Source: Azolla caroliniana
Taxonomy: Eukaryota > Plantae > Polypodiophyta
Direction: 5' to 3'
DNA: 64,000 bases
Assembly (NCBI GenBank): GCA_043228905.1
Contig: JBHGNT010000010.1
Location: 20,336,001 to 20,400,000, forward strand
This document shows, one piece after another, positions 53,223 to 64,000 of this stretch. Both the position numbers and the translations under genes were made by a program. A model generated the notes under the pieces. The model saw nothing but the letters and a program-made list of their open reading frames with translations, did no database searches and was not told the DNA's origin. The stretch's first letter is position 1; each line of letters starts with the position of its first letter.

Positions 53223-55189
53223 TGAGATACATTAACTTTGGTCACAATTTGAACCAAAACACCATTCTTCTTCTTCCTATTCTTTCAAAGTTGGCCTATC
53301 TTAAACAAGTGGACAATTTTTTTCATATCAAGAATATGCTCTTTCCTCATGATATCATAGAATGTAATATACGCATTCGTTTGCTCAAAATTTCCTTTTC
53401 ATATGTTTGTAAATAAATGCATGTATTATCCAAACATACTTATGTTTTTTTTTTTAACTTTTGGCTTCTTTTTTTGTGCTCCCTTTTGGCGATTTGGATG
53501 CATTATAGAGGGTCGAGCGGGTACCAAAGGGCCGAACACGTCGACCCTCACCATGCCTCCACGGTCCACCTTCATTGCGCCTCCATGTTGCTTTTGCCCT
53601 TTTGCCCCTCCACCTTCACCACATCTCTCCACCACTCTAATGGAGACATGGATTAATTCATGACAAATTGCCAAATTAGGATAGAATTAGCACCCATTGA
53701 AGCTCGTCCTTGATTAGGACAACTCCAAACGGTAATTATGGCATGACAAGGTTGACAAGGTCATCGAGCAAGCGAGTATATTCTGGTAGCTAATTATCAA
53801 TGTATGTATGTATGGCCAATTAGTAATTAAGATGCAATTAGTGGCCACCGCAAATGTCAACTTAAAATGATGAGTGTGATGTCTTCAATTATAATAATAA
53901 TAACATGTCTATAGTACAAATATTATTATTGTCATGATTTATGTGTGGGGTGGGGTTGGATCGCATGATGATGGGTTTGCTACATTATTCATGAATATTC
54001 ATGTGATGTTTACACTTTGGGTTCACACAAAACCTCAATGTATGTATGTATGGAGATGTAAATGATCGTCATTACCATATGTATTACCATAGAATGGAAC
54101 TCGTGCAACTCCACCAATGCACCTTCACCAGGTCTCTCCACTACTTTGCCCTCTCGGTCCTTCGAGGGTAAATAAATATTATAGTAAATAATGAATACAA
54201 AAGTATGGTATTTACCATACTTCAAGGGTGTTTACCATATTGGAATGATCGAAGTATACTTGAATGTGAATGCACGTATGGTTCATACTATGAGTGATAT
54301 TATATTGGGAATATGCTCTCCTTAAATTTCTACCATTGAACAAAATATCACCATTTAATGCATACTCCCTCGTAGTCCTAATATATTTCAATAGTGATTC
54401 TAGATATAACATATCTTCCCTATGTTGATGAGATAAATTAATAAGAGGTACACCATCGCGCAAGCGAAAAAAGAAACAAGCTATTAATAAGAGGTACACC
54501 TGTGTTCTAAGAGAGACAAGGATATGCTAATATTCATGAATATGTCTTATCTATATGTGGACAGTGGCACTACGGATACCATAATAATTTCTCTACAATA
54601 CTTATTGGCAAGTTTTATGCAAAAAGGTTAAGTCTAAAAGAAAGGCTAATGTTACCCAACTATATTTGTTAGTGTTTAGGGTTTAATGGACCTAGAACGC
54701 AATGAAGCACAATTATCTCTATCATCACTAATGAACACACCATCACCCAAAATGTAAGTCAGAAAGAAGAGATGAGGATGATGCAAGAAAACTACCAAAC
54801 GAGGGTTGAGTAATTGTCAATCCCGTAGCTATAATTAGGAGCCAACCAAGGGTTGATCATTTAGCCATAGTCAAGAATCGTGTGATAACTAGTTTGATAA
54901 ACAATAGTAGTTAGCCAAAAGTGGATAGATTGTCACATAAAGTTACAAGGAAATCATCACTCGATATCCATTAGTCAAGAGTGGAGTGACAATTAGGTCA
55001 ATGACTATTTGGTGATAATAGGGATAAACGATTGTGAATGTCATATGAATAGCAAACACAAAGGGGAGAATGGTGACGAGGATGAAGAACCAATCATGTT
55101 GGAATAAATATTGTTGATATTCATGGATTTATAGAAATATAGATACAAATAAAAGTATGATTGACATGTTCTATTGAACTCAACTAGGA

Positions 55190-55390
55190 AGGTGAAGGAT
55201 ATTTGGAAGGATCAAACATTCAAGAATGATGAATCATTTAAGTCCATGTGTTTGAAGAATTATGCCAAAGGATAGATCCGAAGTCAACAAAACATTGTTT
55301 TCTTGGTTACGAACCTTTATGTAAAGTTGGGCAACAAATGTTTGATCACATGGAGCAATGGTGTAGACTTTCATGAAGAAAAGATGCATT
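55190..55390 (+). mobile_element. Decayed Ty1/Copia fragment (post-integrase SH3-like region)
   Basis: gat ccg aag tca aca aaa cat tgt ttt ctt ggt tac = DPKSTKHCFLGY, then ITWSNGVDFHEE, matching the copia pattern LDPKS.KC.FLGY...SRDV.F.E. Confidence 0.5.
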
Positions 55391-58300
55391 GATGGCCGAC
55401 AAAGGAAAACAATGAAAAGTGAAGTTTGCTAACTTAGCTAGTGAATAGTCAAAACCTTCAACTTCAATAATATAGTATGAAAACGCACTCAAGCTATTCT
55501 TGGACAATCGTCAGAAACCATGTCTCAAACACTCAATGTATCATAAATTGGACCAATAATACTTTTCATCAATGGCTTATATGTCTAAGAATACATGTAC
55601 CAACAGAGGTACCATTGTTTCAATTCAACGATTTTTTTATTGATTCACGAGCTTATCTTGCTAAATATCTAAATTTTAAATATGGTGGTTGGTTAAAATT
55701 GAATTCCTCGTATTTAATGTTGAAGGTCATGCAAGTGACTTTTGCGTTGGCAATACGGATTCGAGAATTCAATTTAAAAAACTCCAAGCTTTGAAAATGA
55801 TAGTGTTGTCTAATGAATCGGTACATTAACATATACATTTATGCTTCGAGAGAAATGGCTTCATAATTTCACTTTGCAAATTCTACACTTATTCCTTATA
55901 AAAGACAAAACTAAATTGTGGAAGGGAACACTATTGTATGGCCTTTCGCATAACATACAATGCATACGCTTTCATGGATATTCATAAACAAAGGTTAGAG
56001 TTAGTGGGAAAAAAACGTTCCATGTTATAAAGAGAAGAGGGTTTTACAATATGTTAACGTTGGATGGTTGTGCTTTTGAGAGATTGAATGTAGGCAGCAC
56101 AATACGTTTGAATGAGAAAAGATAAAACATGTGTTGAAAATGCATGACACTTGAGCCATCAACCAATTTTTTTTTAGTATTAATCAAATTTTTTATTACT
56201 CAACATGTGAAATCTACTTTTATGTAGGAGTGTGTTTGAAATTTAACTTAGGCATATGGAAGCATTTTCAAATTTAGATTTTTTTTGTCGTCAATTACCC
56301 AAGACTACTCAATGTGATTAAGATTGTCGACCAACAAAAAATGAACATATTTGTGCTCATAAATTGGATCATGACCGGAGTAATTGAATAATTATAAAGA
56401 TTTTTGGTCAATGGTTCCAAAGTTATGATACACTTGAACCTTTTCTTGCTCGATTTTGTTTTCATTCTTCCTCATCACCTCAATGTTTAGAAAAAAGACA
56501 AGACAAAATGCATATATCCATTGGGCTAACTTAAGTCTTAAAGGGGAGATTATCATTTTTTGGTCATTCACAAAGTTCAAGTGTATATTTTCGTGAGGGT
56601 CTCATTATGTGTGTACCAACAATTTCACGCCATATCATATTCGAATGTGGATTTGTATTCGATTCAAGCCATATTATCCCGAGGTTCCATCATTTAATGC
56701 TAAGTTACCATCCACTATTCACACGCGTCAAGCGTAACATGGATTTCCATTTATGTCCAAACATATTATAAACGAGTTCCATATTAGGTCTACAATTCGT
56801 AGTTCCATTTAGGTTCAAACATGTCTTTCCAAGTTCCGTGATTTTGTGTGACATGAGCTTGGAGCAAAGATTTACGTCAGTGGTTTGAATTAATAGTTGC
56901 TACATCCAATTCATTTATGTGTCACAACAACTCAACATCCAGGTTTGAATACGGGTCAAGGGTGCATGCCATTCCCCAAAGGCCACCTAAGCAAGAGTAA
57001 AAATTTAAGCCCATTTCATCGTAGACAATTATCATATATCTATGCCACATTTCATGTAAGGATGTATCATTACGCAACTCAATGACTTATATAAACTTTC
57101 AAAATCACAAGAATGTGTGTTTTAAGGGGAAGTGCCTACCATACCACTACATTGATTGGATTTTATAATAAAAATCATCAAAAAAATCAAAATTTATATC
57201 AAATCACTATTTGTTGCTTGTGAACCTAGATCATATCGACGTTAAAATTATCACTAAGAAGTTTACCATGGTTTGGTATTGATTTGTTATGCGAGAAGAG
57301 AATTGTGGTTCAATGATACAACCAAAAAATGTATGGCTTCCAAACATTGTAGTGTGCGTTGATAATATAAACACATTTCGTTAACATATATAGGTAAAGG
57401 CAATAGGAAAAAAAACAAATTCCCGACATGATTGTATGACTTTACGAGTGCTTGCCGAGCTTTTTGGCACTACGCACATATTCCCAATCCATACTCACAC
57501 TTGAAAACTCCACTACGAAAAACATTCAAAAGCTTCCCAAAAACTCAAAAAAGTGCACATGTATAATATGTTCTAACAAACTTTATGCTATGATCAAGCA
57601 ACACGTAACTACATGCATATGCATACGTACATATACATACATACTCAAACAATAAAACAAAGCTCTCCTCGCTTAGGTGCACCCTGGTCAAAGGGAAAAT
57701 TTAGGGAAATTTTTTGAGTACCTTCCTCCCATGATTGGGAGTACAATATTTATTAGGACTGTTTTTTTTTAATGGAAACAAGTCTTACCTGGTTTACTCT
57801 TCAATAAACCCAACCATATGCATTATGTTGACTCTTGAGTATCTCAAACAAAGGGTAGTATGGAACCCGTTGTTTAGAACATTAGATGGTTTAGTGTTGG
57901 GTTCTAGACAATGGTTGCCATGGTGAAAAATGGCAGAGTGTCTTGCTAACTTAGTTAGGACTTCGTAGATTTTTTTATCATGCCCATGGGAAGAGCAAAA
58001 ACAAGTACTAGATAGGATGCATGGAGAACAAATAATACATCATTAAAATCAAGAAGTTATGAGTAGAGTTGCCATACCACCCAATATCTCTTACCAAAGA
58101 TATGTTGGTGTTTTTTCAATATTGGAAGTAGTCTTGACTGTAAAGAGATATTTAGAGAACAAGACCTTCCATTTTTTTGAGGTGGATAAAACAAATCAAT
58201 TGTCTTGGTCAGAGGAAATGGTTAACAATAGTTTGATGCTATCAAACACAAGATAAGGGTAATCTGATACGTTGATTGTAAATGGTATATTGATCCACCA

Positions 58301-59299
58301 ATAGAGAATATAAGGTCACATTGGAAGTTGTGGGTGGTTCAGATTCGACAAGGACCCAAATGATTATCAGTGGATGGATCCATTTATTGGTAACAACTTT
58401 AATTTTTTCCAATGGTTTGTATAGTTGGGAAGACGTGTTATTTCGGATAAACGGGACTGCATTTCAATACCGGAGTCAATAAGGTATAACTCCGAAGTTC
58501 CTTGCTAAGTTATGGGTTAATCTATGGGCAAGAAAACAACCACAACCAATACATGTATAGTGGTTACTTATCCATGGAGCCTTGCCTATTGGCACATGGT
58601 TGTGCTCAATATCATACAAGCTATAACTCAATAACATTGTCTATGGGATTGCATCGAGTCTCAACTAGTATGGCAACACCTCATTAGAATATTTGCTAAC
58701 TAATTTCCCATATCGGAATTCACATGGGGCATGGTGGTTCGGATATCACTTGTCCACTCTACTTTCCATTATGACGTTGAATCTATGGACCATGGTTTTT
58801 ACACTTAATTCGGAACTGTTCGTGCACTTCCATTAGTGTCTACGTAGTTTGTAGGCATAAGGAAGGAGATCAAATCATTATGGGAGATATTGAGTAGTAC
58901 TATTGCATATTACATCTAGAAGGCTTGGTGCTCTCTCGTTTTTCATGAAGTTAGAGAGAGCCTCACCAACTGAGTTGGTAAAAAGTATTTGGTTATACAT
59001 GGTTCATACTTTGAAGGGGTCAATGGGATTGCATTGTTGGAGATTTTGACGATAAAGTTGCTCAACTTCATGAGTTTCCTACCTTCTGGACAACTACTCC
59101 ACTTATGACCTCCAAGAATGGCACTCCTTTCTGGTACATTCAACCACCAAAATGGCAGTCTCCGTTGCCAGATCACACAGAGTTCAAAACCTTTGCAAAT
59201 TGTTTACACTAATGAAATAATGAAAGGACATCTTTTTAAAAAAAACATAAAATGAAACAAACAATCACACATGCACAAAGGAACAAACAAAACAAACAA

Positions 59300-59661
59300 A
59301 TATATATATATAAGCACACACAACATACATACATATATACATGCATAACAATATGACATACATAACATACATAACAATATGTACATACATACGTTACAAT
59401 ACACATACATACATACACACATACATACATACATACATACATACATACATACATACATACATACATACATACATACATACATACATACATACATACATAC
59501 ATACATGGGCATACATACATACATACTTGCATACATACACATACACATACACATACATATATTGTATACATACACACATACATTACAATAGTCATAGATG
59601 CATGGGCATACATATATACATACATACATATACACATACATTACACATAGTCATAGATGCA

Positions 59662-59693
<32 letters not shown>

Positions 59694-59893
59694 CATATAC
59701 ATACACATACATATACATACACATATACACATACATTACATACATATATGTAGTCATAGATGCATACATACATACATACATACATATACATATACATACA
59801 CATACATATACATACACATATACACATACATTACATACATATATGTAGTCATAGATGCATGGGCATACATACATACATACATACATACATACA
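59300..59893. repeat. Long (CATA)n-based microsatellite/minisatellite in the 14-3-3 promoter
   Basis: Pure CATA run at about 59420-59505 plus a higher-order unit carrying TAGTCATAGATGCAT at about 59589, 59648, 59751 and 59846. Confidence 0.95.
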
Positions 59894-60104
59894 TTCGTTC
59901 AGACAAAAGAAATGGAGTGTGTCTTGTCTTTGTAGAGTTGCATTATCGCGAGGGACTTTTTCAGCCCTAATTCTCTGCTTCTTCTTCTTCTTCTTCTTCT
60001 TCTTCATCGCCGTCTCCTGCTCCATTCACTCAGTCTGCGCTCCCTTCTCCCCACACACACAGACAGATACCCTAACGCCTTTTCCTCCTCCTCCTCCCAT
60101 CGCC

Positions 60105-63041
60105 ATGACCATCGAGAAGGAACGCGAGAGCAATGTCTACATGGCCAAAGTAGCAGAGCAGGCCGAACGTTATGATGGTTGGTACCTTCTCTCTCTGTTT
60201 GTCCGTCCGTCCATCCGTTCGTCTCTTTCTGTTTTGCATCCTTTCTCTAAAGATTGATAATGCTGACTATGTGCATCGTTCCTTTTTTCTTTTTCTTTCA
60301 TTTCATCTTTATCTGTATTTTTTCTTTACCACCAGCGAACGCTATGTCTTATTTTGTCTCTTAATCTCCACATCCCCTCTCTCTATATTTCTTTCTCATT
60401 GCATCTCTATGAAATTTCGTTATGTGTCGTGTAATACTATGGTGCTTTCATTTTCGTCTACAAATATGATTTGTTTGCCACTCTCTCTCTCTTCCCATTT
60501 TTAGTTGTGATGGCAAAAAATCTGTCTTTTTGGCAGCTTTGATTTGTCCGGCTAAACAATGCGTCCTCTTTTAACCACATTCCCTGCACTGCCATTTTGA
60601 TCTTGATTTGTTCACTTGCATTGATTTGCTTCAGTGTCATTTTTTGCAACAGTCGATGTAGAGATAGTGGACTTCAGGTCGTGATGTTGACGATAACATA
60701 TTTCTATTTCTATCCCTCTCTCCCTTCTTTTGAAGTCCAAATCTTGTCTTGTAGTAGCCATTCTATTGTGCAACACTGAATATGCTTTTTGCTTTCGCTC
60801 TCTGTGATGGTCAAATCGAGTCATTCAGTGTTGCACTTCTTTTTAACCTCAATAATTTTGTTTGTTCATTTGAATGCACATGCTTTGCTTTATTCGGTTT
60901 TCGGATGATATTCACATGCGTCTCCTTTTATATGTAGAAATGGTGGACTTCATGAAGAAGGTTGCGAAGCTAGATGTAGAGCTTACTGTAGACGAGAGAA
61001 ATCTCCTCTCGGTTGGCTACAAAAATGTCATTGGTGCGCGAAGAGCCGCATGGCGCATCTTATCATCCATTGAGCAGAAAGAAGAGAGCAAGGGAAATGA
61101 AACAAATGTTAAACGGATCAAGGATTACCGCAGCAAAGTAGAGGAAGAACTTACTAGTATTTGCAATGATATCTTAACTACTATTGATGAGCATTTGATC
61201 CCATCTTCAAGTACCGGAGAGTTTGCTGTCTTCTACCATAAGATGTACCCTCCCAAATATATTTGAATCTATATATATATGTGTTTTTAATTGCGTATCT
61301 ATGTGTTGATTGTTTACGTTTATGTTTATGATACAGGAAGGGAGACTATTTCAGATATCTCGCAGAGTTCAAGACTGGTCAAGAAAGAAAGGAAGCTGCT
61401 GATCATTCACAAGCATCATACCAAGTATAAACCTTTCCCATAGCTTTGGAGCTCTGCATAATGTTAGTTTGTAATTTTATTAAGATATATGCATAATTAT
61501 GGACCCTTCAAAAGTATAGTGTTTATATTATATGAAACTAAATTTATCTGTTTATGTGGATATGAGTTGCTTAGGTTTCTGGCATGTGACTATATCTGTA
61601 TTTAAATTTTCCAGACAGAAGCTGTATTCTGAAGCTTACAGAAGCATTCATGTTATTTCTGATCTGAAATTTGTTTGGATTGATCTTTCTTGCCAAGGTT
61701 TAATATGTCAGATGCAAACAATGACTAACTAATTTTCAGACTAGTCTATCAAAGTTGGTGAAGTCTGTCGCACAGTGCAAAAGCTGCTTGTCTAGTTATA
61801 CGATGAGTTTAGACATGATAGAAATATTTTCTTCTAGACCAAATGGATTATTTTTACTGTCACTGAGTGTCCTCTCTCATATGAGTCTATATATGTATTC
61901 ATAAATGTTTTGAAGATCTGCATACGATAAAACTAAAGGGATTTTGATGTAGGTTAGGCTTTCTGTGTGCTCATTGTGCTAACTGTGGTAGTTATTCTAA
62001 TAAGATTGTGGAATATGATATTTTTGTTTATATGAAATATTCTGATGTGTAGCTGTGTTTTCTTTTGTGATTTAAAAAAGAGTTTGATCTGAGTCCAGAG
62101 AAAACATCTTATGATTTTTTTTATAGTGTTAATTTGTCATCGTACTCTTCAATCTCACGGATTGTTATGGTTCATGGATTCTGCAGACTGCCTTGACTAC
62201 TGCTACAACGGATTTGCCTCCAACGCATCCCATACGTCTTGGCTTGGCTCTTAACCTCTCAGTATTTTACTATGAAATTATGAACTCACCTGAACAGTAC
62301 GTACTTTTGAAAATTCTGTCTTGGATAATATGGTTTCATATTTTATGTATCAGCAGTTTATGATATGTTACTAAGTTTTCTCTCCAAATGCACTATTTTT
62401 CCATTAGGGCATGTCATTTAGCTAAACAAGCTTTTGATGAGGCCATTGCTGAGCTTGATTCTTTGAGTGAGGATTCATACAAGGATAGCACTCTGATCAT
62501 GCAACTGCTCAGAGATAACCTGACACTATGGACGTCTGATTTGCCAGATGATGGAGGTAAATAATTCATTGTGGTGGTACTGCTCCATCATAACAGCTTT
62601 CCTCAAAGTCTTCCTTCACGTTCAATTGATAGAATGACATACATGCTTATATATCTGAATTTACATGGCAACGATAACAGTTTCTATGCATTTGTAGTAA
62701 AAGAACTTGATTATTTAACATGCTCCTAATCCTAAGTTTTTCGATTTTCCAGCATAAACTTGAAGCTCACTTAGTTCCTCCTTTATGACATGACCTTTTT
62801 CTTTCATGTTTTCATCTGATAGAATAACATCTATTCTTATTTATCTGAATTTACATGATAACATAACATAGTAAATGAACTTGATTGTTTAACATGCAGG
62901 GGATGAACAACCAAAAGGAGGGAATATTGAAGAGGACAAAGAGGTGAGCTAGCTAGTACACCTGTGTAACTAAGTATTACCTAGATTATAGAAATCATTC
63001 ACTCATTTGTATAAATCATGGTTAAATTTGCCTTGCAGTAA
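60105..63041 (+). CDS. 14-3-3 protein (GF14/GRF, epsilon-group exon structure), about 257 aa
   Basis: Exons 60105-60177, 60938-61244, 61337-61424, 62187-62296, 62408-62556, 62900-62943, 63039-63041 (TAA). All GT-AG, 774 nt in frame. Motifs [74 protein letters not shown]. Confidence 0.95.
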
Positions 63042-64000
63042 TGAGAGCTGATTTGAGCTGGATCAGCATACATCATGCAACAAAAGAAGTCTCATTATGG
63101 ATTGCTGAAGTACAAAGTTATTATATCCTATGCAGCAACCTCTTCAATAATTCATGAAGATTTTGTTGTTTATTATTGCTGATCCAAATTCTCTCGCATA
63201 CCATAGGTGCATACTCTAGAGAGCTTTTCATCTTGACTTTGGCAGTTTTGTATCTGCAACTGTTACCAAGCAATCAAAGTTTTTGTTCGTTGTGCATCTC
63301 TCTATTTTATCTTGCTTCCGTTGTGAATGGAATTTTTTGGCAATATATCCATATGTCTTGAGATATTGGATCTGAACTTGCCTAGGATTTTGATGATCCG
63401 AATCCCCTTGGGTTGTAGGTCTGAACTTGCCCAGTTGAAAGCCCCTTAACTATTCAACCATGCATACCCATTTGAGCTGAGGTTTGTGAACTGTATGAGG
63501 GTTCATGCAGTAGGTAGGATATGTCATAGATAAATAGAATAATAAAGTGGCTCTATCCTTAGATCTTCTAGTTGCCTATTATGTTTTACCTATATCGATG
63601 ATGATTAGGCTTTGTTTTTGTGGAGAAATGAACTATCTTCTCAGGATTAGTCAGCTATTGAAATAATTTGGTTTCGAATGAGTATTATCTTGAATAACAT
63701 TTACTGATAGCCCAAATTTATGCCATAGCAGCAAATATTTACCTAGCCGTTTTCCATTAATTGGAATTTGGGGAATTCGGGTTAAATGAAGTAAAATATT
63801 CTTCATTCATGTTTAAATATGTTATTTGTGTCTCTATCAGATTTGTCACCAAACTTAAAATAACTCTCTTATTGCATAAATTTGAGCTTGTAAAACTGAT
63901 AAAGATGATGTGTTTATGTTATACAAGTGTACACTGTATATACATTAATAACATGTTTTTATACTCGATGTGCATTCAATGTTGTTTATGTTCATGTCTG

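Noticed and set aside
53426-53674. Gly-rich 82-aa ORF next to the B 3' LTR
   Set aside because: A short GC-rich patch without a recognisable domain or supporting exon structure.
57900-59200. Possible decayed DNA-transposon coding remnant upstream of 14-3-3
   Set aside because: Coding-like texture, but no motif or terminal repeat I can identify with confidence without an HMM search.
59204-60104. His/Thr/Tyr/Ile and Met/Tyr/Val/Cys-rich ORFs
   Set aside because: Artefacts of (CATA)n, which lacks stop codons in several frames.

Overview
Eukaryotic nuclear DNA from a land plant, most likely a non-seed plant such as a fern. That taxon is inferred from Tcn1-like and fungal-type Gypsy elements and from a plastid psbB fragment with an ACG start. 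There are four intact host genes, with exons reconstructed by hand from GT-AG sites: a 15-exon plastid PHT4;5/ANTR6-type anion transporter (-), 40S ribosomal protein RPS18 (-), an intronless ATL-type RING-H2 E3 ligase (-) and an epsilon-type 14-3-3 (+). Positions 22.5-53.2 kb hold four Ty3/Gypsy LTR retrotransposons: A, an RT-less chromovirus with internal tandem arrays; B, a non-chromovirus with a TGAGA target-site duplication; and C (tRNA-Trp primed, GC-rich) and D (self-priming, Tcn1/Tf1-like), both nested inside B. Most notable: (1) element B has no polypurine tract, and a tRNA-Arg 3'-end-like sequence (a second, inward-facing PBS) sits exactly where the PPT should be; (2) a 13-nt motif TGTTTGTCCGTCC lies near the start of three unrelated host genes, always in sense orientation; (3) the D LTRs contain heat-shock elements and a tRNA-like module; (4) an intronic psbB NUPT; (5) two 21-nt exon echoes inside neighbouring introns. 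All coordinates and counts were read by eye; no searches were run.
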